Of a stretch of DNA of 32,000 nucleotides, positions 9,206 through 17,998 are shown piece by piece (the first letter of the stretch is position 1; every line of letters begins with the position of its first letter). Under the pieces are notes generated by a model that had not been told where the DNA came from, searched no databases, and was given only the letters and a program-made list of their open reading frames with translations. The position numbers were made by a program, and so were the translations under genes. Origin of the DNA: Vibrio phage PG216; sequence record OR538032.1; one strand, 5' to 3'.

Positions 9206-9829
9206 ATGCTTCTAGCTGACTACATCAAACACGCAATGCAAGAATATCACACGATTTTCCCGACACGATTTTCTGTGCTTGAACACCTTTTCGCTACGAA
9301 TGGGAATGGAATCACGCTCAAAAACGGTTATATTTATGATCGCGAGACCCGTGACGTAAAGCAAAAGCCCTTGCTATCGCGTGAAGACATCATTCTAGAA
9401 GTGAAAGACGCTTCTGAGCATTCTCTAGGCATGTGGGCTCGGTTTGTCAAAGAACTCGGTGATGAACACCCAGAGCTAGTCGAAAAATTCAAGAAGAAGA
9501 TCGACGCACAGCTTGAAGAAGATGAACGCACGGTCGAAAGACTATGTAACATCGACGAAGCATACAAAATTCATCCAGATTTAACCAATCTGCATGTATA
9601 TGCATGGGGCGGGGATCGTCGATACATTCCAATGTATGACTTCGAAAACTCGAAGTACGATGACACAATCGAGCAACTTGAGTACTTCAGAGATTGCATT
9701 GCCAACGCAACTGTACGCGAAGTCACAGAAGACGACTCACAAACCGATCAGTTCTACGCTCGTGGACTCGTATCGTGGAAAGAAAACATCGGTGAAATCG
9801 ACAAAATCATAGAGAAGCTTCGTAAGTAA
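9206..9829 (+). CDS. Hypothetical protein
   Basis: ATG 9206 after AAGAGAG; listed start 9083 overlaps the previous gene. Confidence 0.7.
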   Translation: MLLADYIKHAMQEYHTIFPTRFSVLEHLFATNGNGITLKNGYIYDRETRDVKQKPLLSREDIILEVKDASEHSLGMWARFVKELGDEHPELVEKFKKKIDAQLEEDERTVERLCNIDEAYKIHPDLTNLHVYAWGGDRRYIPMYDFENSKYDDTIEQLEYFRDCIANATVREVTEDDSQTDQFYARGLVSWKENIGEIDKIIEKLRK

Positions 9830-9886
9830 TGTTTAATCTCTCTTGTTTATTGACTATAATTTAAGCATAACAAGAGAGGTGAACAA

Positions 9887-10102
9887 ATGGGACATTACGA
9901 TTGCAAAGAATGCGGCACTTTTGGTTGTTTCGGTGAGTGTCAAGAGCCAGCAAACGTCGAGCGAGAAAAGCAACGTGTAGAGCGTCAAGCACGTGCTGAC
10001 AAATACGCTGCGATTCTTGAAGCTGAAGAGAGACGAGTACGCGACTTAGAAAAAGCACGCGCATTCTTCTTGGTGCACGATAGAAAAGGGAATCCGATTT
10101 AA
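9887..10102 (+). CDS. Small Cys-containing protein (CxxC...CxxxC)
   Basis: MGHYDCKECGTFGCFGECQE; upstream TATAAT and AAGAGAGG. Confidence 0.7.
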   Translation: MGHYDCKECGTFGCFGECQEPANVEREKQRVERQARADKYAAILEAEERRVRDLEKARAFFLVHDRKGNPI

Positions 10103-10479
10103 TGCTGCACAAGTATTCAACAAATCGTTTCATGAACATGGTTAATTACATGAGTTCTCAGTTCGTACAAGGTACGATTTTCTTGGGATTCATGCCGATT
10201 ACAGCGCCTGACGATTCTTGGGGAATGAACGTACCTGAGAGTGACCATCGTTGGTGCGCTGTCCATTTATTCGATTCTGAGCAACAAGCTACACGCTCAG
10301 ATGAAGAAGAACGCGAACAGAAGCGAATCAATAAAGGTTATGAGTGGTTGGTCGTGCTTTATGGAACTGACAACACATCGTACATGAAACGCTTTAAACG
10401 TCGCGAAGACGCAATCGCGTGGTTCTTCAATGAAGAATCGGTAAAAACACTAGATGGGCTATTTTTCTACAATAGTTGA
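10102..10479 (+). CDS. Hypothetical protein
   Basis: 125 aa ORF overlapping previous stop. Confidence 0.7.
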   Translation: MLHKYSTNRFMNMVNYMSSQFVQGTIFLGFMPITAPDDSWGMNVPESDHRWCAVHLFDSEQQATRSDEEEREQKRINKGYEWLVVLYGTDNTSYMKRFKRREDAIAWFFNEESVKTLDGLFFYNS

Positions 10480-10482
10480 ATA

Positions 10483-10534
10483 AAAAGGGTTGCACTGTGC
10501 AGCCCTTTTCTATATCATGAGCACATCAAAACGA
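10483..10534 (+). promoter_or_regulatory. Terminator AAAAGGGTTGCA-ctg-TGCAGCCCTTTT fused to promoter TTGCAC-N17-TATCAT plus ATCAAAACGA
   Basis: Stem 10483-10509; -35 10490-10495; -10 10513-10518; box 10525-10534. Confidence 0.7.
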
Positions 10535-10547
10535 AAGAGAGACGATT

Positions 10548-11168
10548 ATGAACGTTGAACAAACACTACGTGAATTGAATATCACCAACAACCAAGTTTA
10601 CACACGAATCGTAAATGAAGTAATGAAACCGAACATTCTTTCAATTTATGAACACATGAGATTGAAAATCGGATATAATCAAGAAATTTGGTATGGTGAT
10701 GCTGATGTGTATGTATCAATCGAGCCTGCATTCGAGAAATACAGAGAACAGCATGACGTTTTGATCATCAACAACGTTGTATCGTGCTTTGATCGAGCAA
10801 TTGTCATTGCAATTATCAACAAAGAGACTGGCGACATACCATTGTGTAAATGTGTCGAGGGTCAAGGTGTGAAACACGAGGGTTGGAATTTCGGTGATCA
10901 TCGTGATTGGAAGATTGAAGGTCTCGATACGCTTCGCGAACACAAGTGGAGATTTGGTTACGAGGATTTGCGCGACGACTCGCTTGTATTTCAGCTAGAT
11001 TCGATTTGGGCTGATATTCGACCAGATAAGCCGTATAACGGCTGGCATCGTTCGTCTTATGGTTGTGGGTTTCATGTTGAGAATCTACTGTACGCAGAAC
11101 GCGAAATCAGATGGGCATTCAGTTCTGTTGTTGAAGAAGAAGCATATACAATTTGCGAAAAAGAATAA
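10548..11168 (+). CDS. Hypothetical protein
   Basis: 206 aa ORF with promoter and bidirectional terminator. Confidence 0.75.
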   Translation: MNVEQTLRELNITNNQVYTRIVNEVMKPNILSIYEHMRLKIGYNQEIWYGDADVYVSIEPAFEKYREQHDVLIINNVVSCFDRAIVIAIINKETGDIPLCKCVEGQGVKHEGWNFGDHRDWKIEGLDTLREHKWRFGYEDLRDDSLVFQLDSIWADIRPDKPYNGWHRSSYGCGFHVENLLYAEREIRWAFSSVVEEEAYTICEKE

Positions 11169-11194
11169 AAAAAGGGGCGAATGCCCCTTTTTTT
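11167..11194. terminator. Bidirectional terminator AAAAAAAGGGGC-gaat-GCCCCTTTTTTT
   Basis: Perfect 12-bp stem between convergent genes. Confidence 0.85.
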
Positions 11195-12248
11195 ATGGTC
11201 TGTAGATCATGTGATTTGAACCCATTCGTTCCCATGTACCTAGATTCATGCGATTTTTCATTTCAACGAAGAATGCGGGGTTTGCTCTAATGTCATCAAG
11301 TGGCAGTGCAACAACACCTTCAGTTTTATGCGCCAATAGCTCTAGTTTATCAAGCAAATCAGACGTTGTACGACCGTCATATTTGAATTGACTGAACCAA
11401 TAACCAATCTTACTGAATTTCGTATCTCTTGTGTATTTCACATCAAAGCCTTTCAGAGCATACGCTAAGTTACTTTCTTTACCGTGAAACGGCTTGCGAT
11501 ATGCGCTATGTTCAGCACCAGCACGAGCAAGCAATCTCTTCTTAGCTGCGTCTGGTAGATTGAACCACCCATCAAAGTTTTTCTTGAAGTTCAACATCCA
11601 TGCTTCTGGCGTAGCTGGTGAGCCTTTGAAGTATGCTTTCGTATCAGCAATGGCTTGTGCATAGCGTGCGTTAATCTCATGAGAATAGTTCTGATATTCG
11701 TCGTGAGACGCTTCGTGACCGCTTTTAGCGTGACGGATGAACTCTTTATCAATGTATCCGCGTTTACGCCCTGAGTGTTGATACACGCCCTCTGCGTCGC
11801 TTGTCTCGAAGTCTTCAATGTCACCAGAACGATAGTTGTCGTAAGCGTGTTGCAGTTCATGTAATGCAGTGCTATACAACTGTGGTTTCTGCAATCTGAA
11901 TTTCGCCATGATTTGACTAACTGCTGTTACTCCAGTTATATCCACGACAAGCTTGAGATACCCTGCTTCTGTGATCGAGTCGTCATGTAATTTGCCATTC
12001 CAAACACCGAGTTCGGTTGGGTTATTATTGTCTAACTTCAGATATGCTAGAATACCTTCAGCTAGTAATGCATCGAACTCACTCTCACCAGTTCTGATAT
12101 TCAGAGTTTTTGTGTTGACGGATAGTTTATTTGGATCCCATGGTGCTTTACTTAGAGCGCCTTCTAACTGGCGTTCCAATGTATCGACGATGGTTTTTGA
12201 CGCTTGTTCTAATGCGCGTTGTGATTGTACGTTTTCAAAAATAATCAT
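11193..12248 (-). CDS. HEXXH-containing putative zinc metallopeptidase
   Basis: STALHELQHAYDNY with downstream HEINARYAQA; 351 aa on the minus strand. Confidence 0.7.
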   Translation of the reverse strand: MIIFENVQSQRALEQASKTIVDTLERQLEGALSKAPWDPNKLSVNTKTLNIRTGESEFDALLAEGILAYLKLDNNNPTELGVWNGKLHDDSITEAGYLKLVVDITGVTAVSQIMAKFRLQKPQLYSTALHELQHAYDNYRSGDIEDFETSDAEGVYQHSGRKRGYIDKEFIRHAKSGHEASHDEYQNYSHEINARYAQAIADTKAYFKGSPATPEAWMLNFKKNFDGWFNLPDAAKKRLLARAGAEHSAYRKPFHGKESNLAYALKGFDVKYTRDTKFSKIGYWFSQFKYDGRTTSDLLDKLELLAHKTEGVVALPLDDIRANPAFFVEMKNRMNLGTWERMGSNHMIYRP

Positions 12249-12266
12249 CTTTTTTCTCGAATTCGG

Positions 12267-12312
12267 TTGACTGTATTACTTATTTAGGTTAATATCTCTC
12301 TCATCGAAACGA
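12267..12312 (+). promoter_or_regulatory. Promoter TTGACT-N17-TAATAT plus ATCGAAACGA
   Basis: -35 12267-12272; -10 12290-12295; box 12303-12312. Confidence 0.65.
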
Positions 12313-12325
12313 AAGAGAGAACATT

Positions 12326-13021
12326 ATGACTAATGCAGCACGCAAATATGTATACGACATCTTCCATGATGAGCTTCAAAAGCCGGTTGTGAATCTAGAC
12401 GTATTTAAAATCAAGGGTTCAGATGGTAAGCCAGTGATTAACTATCTATCGAACCCGCACCTACGCAAACAACGCTTTATTATGTTCGTGAATAAACGAC
12501 ATAACATCAAGTATGGACGTTCTTTTTGGTCGCATGATATTCGTGATGATTGTGACAAAATCGAAGGTACTTGGTCGAGCGTGGCTAAGGAAATCATCAA
12601 ACGCAAAGCCGAATACGCAAATTACGTGACTAAGACGTATCTTGATTACGACTATGGTGTTGAAGAGCCGACCCTTGCAATCATCGACAAGATGCTGAAC
12701 AAGCCGAAGCGTTTTCACGTTGCAAAGTACATCAATAATGAACTGTGTGTCAGTTCGACGAACAATTCAACTGTGCTAATTGATCGTGATACTGGTGTGA
12801 AATTCGTTGCGAAGATGCAAGATTATCGCCATACTAGTGATATAATGCGACTTGCAACACCTGAAAAAGTGTTTACACCTAACGAAGAAAAAGCACTTTG
12901 CAGTGCAATTACACATCTTGTAAATTCTCGCATCAACGATATTCGTGCTAAGAAACGTGCGAAAGAAGAGAAACGCCGCCAAGCAAAACGTCAACAACTA
13001 ATCGAAGCATACGGGGCATAA
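12326..13021 (+). CDS. Hypothetical protein
   Basis: 231 aa ORF, basic C-terminus. Confidence 0.75.
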   Translation: MTNAARKYVYDIFHDELQKPVVNLDVFKIKGSDGKPVINYLSNPHLRKQRFIMFVNKRHNIKYGRSFWSHDIRDDCDKIEGTWSSVAKEIIKRKAEYANYVTKTYLDYDYGVEEPTLAIIDKMLNKPKRFHVAKYINNELCVSSTNNSTVLIDRDTGVKFVAKMQDYRHTSDIMRLATPEKVFTPNEEKALCSAITHLVNSRINDIRAKKRAKEEKRRQAKRQQLIEAYGA

Positions 13022-13023
13022 TC

Positions 13024-13416
13024 ATGGCATACGAAGTAATCAACGGCAAATTGCGTAAAGTAAAGAAAAACAAGCCACGCGACTATGATAAAGAATGGTC
13101 AAAGATGCACGAATCTGCCAAGAAGCAAGTCGAAATCATGGATCGTATTCATGAACGTGAGCGCATTGACCGTCTAGGTACTCGTGAGCGTCACGAAGCA
13201 ATGATTGACCTTGCTAAACGCAATGAGCGTAAAGGTAAGAAAGGCGGTGACTGTAACGTAACTCAGTGTCAAAAGCCAGGCGCAAGCTCTTACAACACTG
13301 CAATGAGAGCGTATTACTGCGAGTCTTGTGCTCACGATATTTGGCAAGCAGGTCAACGCGACGGTCGTGACTTCATTCGACCAACACCAGATTACACATA
13401 CAAGTACGAGGGTTAA
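13024..13416 (+). CDS. Hypothetical protein with possible Zn-binding cysteines
   Basis: CNVTQCQKPG...YYCESCAHD. Confidence 0.75.
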   Translation: MAYEVINGKLRKVKKNKPRDYDKEWSKMHESAKKQVEIMDRIHERERIDRLGTRERHEAMIDLAKRNERKGKKGGDCNVTQCQKPGASSYNTAMRAYYCESCAHDIWQAGQRDGRDFIRPTPDYTYKYEG

Positions 13417-13420
13417 TCTC

Positions 13421-13660
13421 ATGGGCGATTTTCTATTGGCAATGTTTATCTTCTCGTTCGTAATGGCAAACATCGGTTCGATTTTCATTTGCTTGTATGC
13501 GGCATTCAATCGCCAATACAACGTACCGATGATCTTAGTTGCACTGTACGGGTTCATGGGTACATTTGTTGTCGGCATCGTGTTCTTTCTGCTGTTCATC
13601 TTTGCCAAAATCGAAGAAACGAAATTCTGGCAAAAACTGTCTAAAATGAGGGAATTCTAA
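13421..13660 (+). CDS. Small membrane protein
   Basis: ATG at 13421; two hydrophobic segments. Confidence 0.7.
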   Translation: MGDFLLAMFIFSFVMANIGSIFICLYAAFNRQYNVPMILVALYGFMGTFVVGIVFFLLFIFAKIEETKFWQKLSKMREF

Positions 13661-13992
13661 TGCAACAAACTGTATTATTCATCGACTTCCGCAACCCACA
13701 CACTGCGATTGTCGCCAACACGACATTACGAGACAAAAACTTCGATTTGTCGGGTATGGGATTGCGTCGAGCTTGTCAGTCGAACTATATTGCACTTGAG
13801 AAGCAAGGCAAATGGCGTTTAGTGAAATGTCGTTACATGTTTGGGTTCGAATCTATGGAATTCAACACGCTCGATGGTGTTGTTGCATTCATCAACGCGA
13901 TTAACATCGACAACAATCAACCATTGATTCGTGAAGTTGTTGTTGAAGAAGTCGCACCCGTGTACACTAACATTAAAGTACGAGGTTTATAA
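13660..13992 (+). CDS. Hypothetical protein
   Basis: 110 aa, ATG overlaps previous stop. Confidence 0.7.
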   Translation: MQQTVLFIDFRNPHTAIVANTTLRDKNFDLSGMGLRRACQSNYIALEKQGKWRLVKCRYMFGFESMEFNTLDGVVAFINAINIDNNQPLIREVVVEEVAPVYTNIKVRGL

Positions 13993-14273
13993 TGGGATTT
14001 GAAACAAAAATTATCTGCTATGCAGCGCACGTAACTGAATTTGAGCCAGGATGGGGAACTCGACCAGATGGTTACATCATTGCCAAGACTGAAGCTGATG
14101 TTCTGGCAAAAGGCGAGCACATGCGAGAGATCGCTAAACAATCCAAACACGGCTATGAGTATATCGGTGAAGTCTTTAAGTTCGAACCGACTCAGAAAGC
14201 TATTGATGAATTAACCGACCGTGACTATATCTGGACTGGTCGAAACTTTGATGAATGGGGTACTGTACTATGA
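13992..14273 (+). CDS. Hypothetical protein
   Basis: 93 aa, overlapping stop/start. Confidence 0.7.
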   Translation: MGFETKIICYAAHVTEFEPGWGTRPDGYIIAKTEADVLAKGEHMREIAKQSKHGYEYIGEVFKFEPTQKAIDELTDRDYIWTGRNFDEWGTVL

Positions 14274-14503
14274 CAATCTTTCTGCTTGTATCATTCTTTC
14301 TAGGCGCTTATTTCATGAGCGAACTGCCACCAGAATTGCGATACAAAACAACATCGCCTAAGAAACTATGGGCTTCTGCATCACGACTGCAACAAATTGC
14401 ACTTGTTGTCGGGTTTGTCGGCGTGCTGTTCTTCTACTTGATTCTAGCTATCCTAATTGGATGGACTAAAGTTAAAGAATCTGACTGGAATCGCAAGGCA
14501 TGA
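14270..14503 (+). CDS. Small membrane protein
   Basis: MTIFLLVSFFLGAYF...; ATG at 14270 overlaps the previous stop (ATGA). Confidence 0.7.
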   Translation: MTIFLLVSFFLGAYFMSELPPELRYKTTSPKKLWASASRLQQIALVVGFVGVLFFYLILAILIGWTKVKESDWNRKA

Positions 14504-14670
14504 TAGTTCTTCAGCACGAGACTGACGGGTATATCGTCCAAATTGGATGTGACATTTGTTGCACCCCTGACATTGACAAAGCATCCATGTTCGAAACTGT
14601 TGGTGTCGCACAAGAATTCAAAGATCAATGGGACTTATGGGACTGGGAAGTTAGAGAGGTCGGCTTATGA
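14500..14670 (+). CDS. Small hypothetical protein (not in the supplied ORF track)
   Basis: Read directly: MIVLQHETDGYIVQIGCDICCTPDIDKASMFETVGVAQEFKDQWDLWDWEVREVGL*; ATGA overlap at 5' end and overlap with the ATG at 14667. Confidence 0.7.
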   Translation: MIVLQHETDGYIVQIGCDICCTPDIDKASMFETVGVAQEFKDQWDLWDWEVREVGL

Positions 14671-14855
14671 TGCGTAGGCATGAAATTCAAGAACTAGTTG
14701 AGCGTCGCGGGTTTGAATTTCGCGAAGCAATCAATGAATACAGCGAATCACGTTGGCAAGTCATCGACAATGGTACAGTGGTCTACGAATCATACAATGA
14801 ATACTGCATTGAAGCATTCTTGCTTGGCGTAGATTACATCACAGACGCAATTTAA
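14667..14855 (+). CDS. Hypothetical protein
   Basis: 62 aa ORF ending at the terminator. Confidence 0.65.
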   Translation: MMRRHEIQELVERRGFEFREAINEYSESRWQVIDNGTVVYESYNEYCIEAFLLGVDYITDAI

Positions 14856-14875
14856 GCCGCATTTCGCGGCTTTTT
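14855..14875 (+). terminator. Rho-independent terminator AGCCGC-ATTTC-GCGGCTTTTT
   Basis: Stem-loop plus T tract. Confidence 0.8.
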
Positions 14876-14884
14876 GAGGTTCAT

Positions 14885-15187
14885 ATGAAGAAACAAATAT
14901 TAAACATTCAGCGCGACGATGCGAAATTCGAGCTATATCGTCAAGGTCAAGCTGCACGTCATGCACGTGCTGAAATCATCCGACACGTTGCGAAGAATCA
15001 TAACCCATTTCTAGTTGGTCAATACACGCTTTACAAAGAGCACGACGTGAAAATCGTTCGTCAGTTGCTGCGTTATGCTGAGATAGATGCTGATGTGCGA
15101 GTTGTCCCTACGATTGGTCGTTTACCAGACTGTTTGAACGAAATTCACGGAATCGGGTTCGAGGTAACGCTAAATAATGATAGTTAA
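14885..15187 (+). CDS. Hypothetical protein
   Basis: 100 aa ORF. Confidence 0.65.
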   Translation: MKKQILNIQRDDAKFELYRQGQAARHARAEIIRHVAKNHNPFLVGQYTLYKEHDVKIVRQLLRYAEIDADVRVVPTIGRLPDCLNEIHGIGFEVTLNNDS

Positions 15188-15461
15188 CATTGCTCATCAT
15201 TCTTTTGATGTGTACATTGGTCGCGGCACACCGTTCGGAAATCCATTCAAAGCAGGGATCGACGGCACTCGGAGCGAAGTTATTGAGCTTTATCGAGAGT
15301 GGTTGCGCATTCAATTACAAGACGACGAATTTAAAAAGCAGTTTATGCAACTAAAAGGAAAGATTCTCGGCTGTCATTGTAAGCCAAAAGCGTGCCATGG
15401 CGATGTAATTCTCGAAGAACTTGATAGATTGAGCAGCCCACTAAACAATTTTATAGGTTAA
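15177..15461 (+). CDS. DUF4326-like protein
   Basis: YIGRGTPFGNPF ... LKGKILGCHCKPKACHGDVILE signature. Confidence 0.85.
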   Translation: MIVNIAHHSFDVYIGRGTPFGNPFKAGIDGTRSEVIELYREWLRIQLQDDEFKKQFMQLKGKILGCHCKPKACHGDVILEELDRLSSPLNNFIG

Positions 15462-15464
15462 TCT

Positions 15465-15758
15465 ATGAGAGAAGCAATTGCATTATTAAGCAACACGAGA
15501 ATGGGATATACTGACATTAGCGCATTTGGCGATCCAGTATTATATGTTCATGCGGGACATGAGACGGTATTAAAAGTGCAATACACTGAAGATTGCTACT
15601 CATTTTACGACTACAGAAGCAAGTATCTTTATACAGAGCAGTCCATCGACGACTTAGAGATACATTTGAAATCAATAGATGTCGGGTTAGACGATGATCT
15701 ACCGTTAAATGGGAACATCGACAAAGACACGATACCAGACGGGGAATTTTTAGAATGA
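15465..15758 (+). CDS. Hypothetical protein
   Basis: 97 aa ORF. Confidence 0.7.
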   Translation: MREAIALLSNTRMGYTDISAFGDPVLYVHAGHETVLKVQYTEDCYSFYDYRSKYLYTEQSIDDLEIHLKSIDVGLDDDLPLNGNIDKDTIPDGEFLE

Positions 15759-16675
15759 AGTTTAGTGAATATCAAAGAATAAACGAATCTCTGGATCGCC
15801 CTGCCAATTATAAACTGGTTAGAGAACTCCCAAACTTAAACGTGTATGCGTTTCAAGTTGATGGTGTTTATTATGAAATAGACATTCAGAAATCAAACAT
15901 ACGAGAGCCTAATGGGATGCAGTCAATGAAAGCTGAAGTCTCATTCAAAGCACTCGACGGTAGTGGTTATCAACTAACCAAAAAAGACGATAAAACGGCA
16001 CGAATTGTACTATCAACCGTAGTTGATGCTATCTTCAGCTTCGTACGCGAATACAATCCTGCTCAAATATTATATTCTGCATTCAACGATGCTGATCCGT
16101 CAGATGCGGCTAAACGACTTCGTTTATATCAGATCATGACTAAAGCAAAACTGCGTGAATTCCCCGAATATGATTTCCGAAACGTTGGGCGTGATTTCAT
16201 CGTATACGATGTCAATTACCAAAAACGAGTCGAGGAATTTTCAAGAAGAGCACGTAGACCAGTGGGATATGAAGAAAGATCAGACCACGTTGAAGTGAAT
16301 TTATCACATGCCAACGCCTTTGCGTTTATACGAGCGTTTGGGGTAAATGAAGGCGACTCGAAGAGCGGCGTACTAGGTAAAGGTCGAGCTTTCGTAGGAG
16401 CAACAAACGAAATTAAAGCACGTCTGAGAGTAGATCGTGTGGTGTATGAAATGTCTGACAGAGAAGGGTGGCTTGCGGCTCTTCAGCACCCTATTTTTGA
16501 CTATGGCGAGGGTCCTGAAGTTGATCGAACATATCTAGTCGGGGCATTTAAAAACTTCTATATCGTGTTGACTAGTCAAACAAGTCTAAAAATATACACC
16601 GATGATGCTGCGTTTACAAAATATGTGAATGCTTTCGACGCGCCATGGTTAAACCCAGAAATAATGGAATCTTAA
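15755..16675 (+). CDS. Paralogue A of a tandem pair; putative capsid-targeted internal protein
   Basis: Leader MKFSEYQRINE|SLDRPA; shares LYSAFNDADPSDAAKRLRLYQIM with the next gene. Confidence 0.75.
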   Translation: MKFSEYQRINESLDRPANYKLVRELPNLNVYAFQVDGVYYEIDIQKSNIREPNGMQSMKAEVSFKALDGSGYQLTKKDDKTARIVLSTVVDAIFSFVREYNPAQILYSAFNDADPSDAAKRLRLYQIMTKAKLREFPEYDFRNVGRDFIVYDVNYQKRVEEFSRRARRPVGYEERSDHVEVNLSHANAFAFIRAFGVNEGDSKSGVLGKGRAFVGATNEIKARLRVDRVVYEMSDREGWLAALQHPIFDYGEGPEVDRTYLVGAFKNFYIVLTSQTSLKIYTDDAAFTKYVNAFDAPWLNPEIMES

Positions 16676-16677
16676 AA

Positions 16678-17529
16678 ATGAAATTTAGCGAATATCAAAA
16701 CGAGCTAACGGAAGCATTTGATCGACCTGCACAGATCACAGCACGTCGTGGCAATCAGAGTTTTTTCATGATTGGTGACACTGAGTACATGGTCGGGTTG
16801 TATTACGACGACTCGAAAAAATCACTCGGAGTTGACTTCATGCATAAGCCAGGTGATTCAGCAACGTACCACTACAGCTTAGCCAAAGGCAACTCAAAAG
16901 ACGCCATGACTGTTTTTGCAACCGTGATTGCAGAAATCAAGCGACTTATGAACGACAAACCGGTCAATCGAATCAGCTTCAGTGCGTTTCAAGACTCTGA
17001 CAGTTCAGATGCTAAAAAGCGTTTTCGATTGTACAAGCGCATGGCAGAACGCTTCAGCAAAGAACTCGGGTTCAGAATGACCACTTATGGTGATTCTTTC
17101 GTATTGACACGTGTAAACCCTGTTGCAGTCAACGTAGAAGAACCAACTGGTTATGATACAGCGTGGGGTACTGAAATGCTCGATCTGCGTGAAGTCAACG
17201 ACGCTGCAATTGCCAAAGTCACAGAAGGTGATGGTGAATGGCGTTTGAATAACTGGAACAAGCTGATTGTTCGCAACGGAAAAGTAACGCTAACATCGGG
17301 TCCAATTCGAATGTCAGACGCTTGGTACGATGCGTTTTACGACTTAGAATGGTATCACGATGAAGAAGGCGAACAATGGTTCGATGATGAACAGAAGATC
17401 GCGATCATCAATGGTAAAGTTTGGGTCGTCAATGACATGGAAATTACTATTTGGCCAAGTATTGAGAAATTAGAATTGCAAAGTGACTCGGAATTATCAA
17501 GCGGGACACGTCAATTGCTTGGATATTAA
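16678..17529 (+). CDS. Paralogue B of a tandem pair; putative capsid-targeted internal protein
   Basis: ATG 16678 restores the leader MKFSEYQNELTE|AFDRPA; ISFSAFQDSDSSDAKKRFRLYKRM. Confidence 0.75.
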   Translation: MKFSEYQNELTEAFDRPAQITARRGNQSFFMIGDTEYMVGLYYDDSKKSLGVDFMHKPGDSATYHYSLAKGNSKDAMTVFATVIAEIKRLMNDKPVNRISFSAFQDSDSSDAKKRFRLYKRMAERFSKELGFRMTTYGDSFVLTRVNPVAVNVEEPTGYDTAWGTEMLDLREVNDAAIAKVTEGDGEWRLNNWNKLIVRNGKVTLTSGPIRMSDAWYDAFYDLEWYHDEEGEQWFDDEQKIAIINGKVWVVNDMEITIWPSIEKLELQSDSELSSGTRQLLGY

Positions 17530-17533
17530 TCAG

Positions 17534-17555
17534 AAAGGTAGCTTCGGCTACCTTT
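17534..17555 (+). terminator. Rho-independent terminator AAAGGTAGC-TTCG-GCTACCTTTTTT
   Basis: 9-bp stem with UUCG tetraloop. Confidence 0.85.
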
Positions 17556-17579
17556 TTTCGTTTTCAGAGCAAAAAACGG

Positions 17580-17624
17580 TTGCATGAAATGCTCAAAACC
17601 CCTATTATAGCTTCATCGAAACGA
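17580..17624 (+). promoter_or_regulatory. Promoter TTGCAT-N17-TATTAT plus ATCGAAACGA
   Basis: -35 17580-17585; -10 17603-17608; box 17615-17624. Confidence 0.7.
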
Positions 17625-17638
17625 AAGAGGAAAACGAA

Positions 17639-17938
17639 ATGGATGTAACATCAAAACTTGAATTGTCGATGAAAGAATTCGTTGACGTTCCATACAACGA
17701 GCACAAAACTCATTCTCTTGTTGGTCAAGCAAGTGAGCACATTAACTCGTACTACAATAATCCGGGTGAAATCGTGACTTCAAACGTCATGTACGTTGAA
17801 ATCAACGGTGGTATTGTGTATGCTGTAACGCACTCTAAGAGTCGCTACCAGCTAACCAATGTGTCTCATGATGAGATTGCACAAATGGTTAAAGCCGCAA
17901 GCGAACGCGGGATTAATATTCCGCTTTACAAAAACTAG
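17639..17938 (+). CDS. Hypothetical protein
   Basis: 99 aa ORF downstream of a promoter. Confidence 0.7.
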   Translation: MDVTSKLELSMKEFVDVPYNEHKTHSLVGQASEHINSYYNNPGEIVTSNVMYVEINGGIVYAVTHSKSRYQLTNVSHDEIAQMVKAASERGINIPLYKN

Positions 17939-17998
17939 AAAAATTGCTTTAATACAAACTGATTCACTACTTTTGATTACTTTTGAGAGAAATATATT

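Noticed and set aside
9840-9875. TTGACTATAAT as a -35/-10 pair upstream of 9887
   Set aside because: TTGAC directly abuts TATAAT so cannot be its -35; a weak TTTAAT-N17-TATAAT is possible but not strong enough to list separately.
11591-12270. ORFs 11591..11860 (-) and 11953..12270 (+) over the HEXXH gene
   Set aside because: Shadow frames of the 351-aa minus-strand protein, which carries a clear HEXXH motif and fits the terminator layout.
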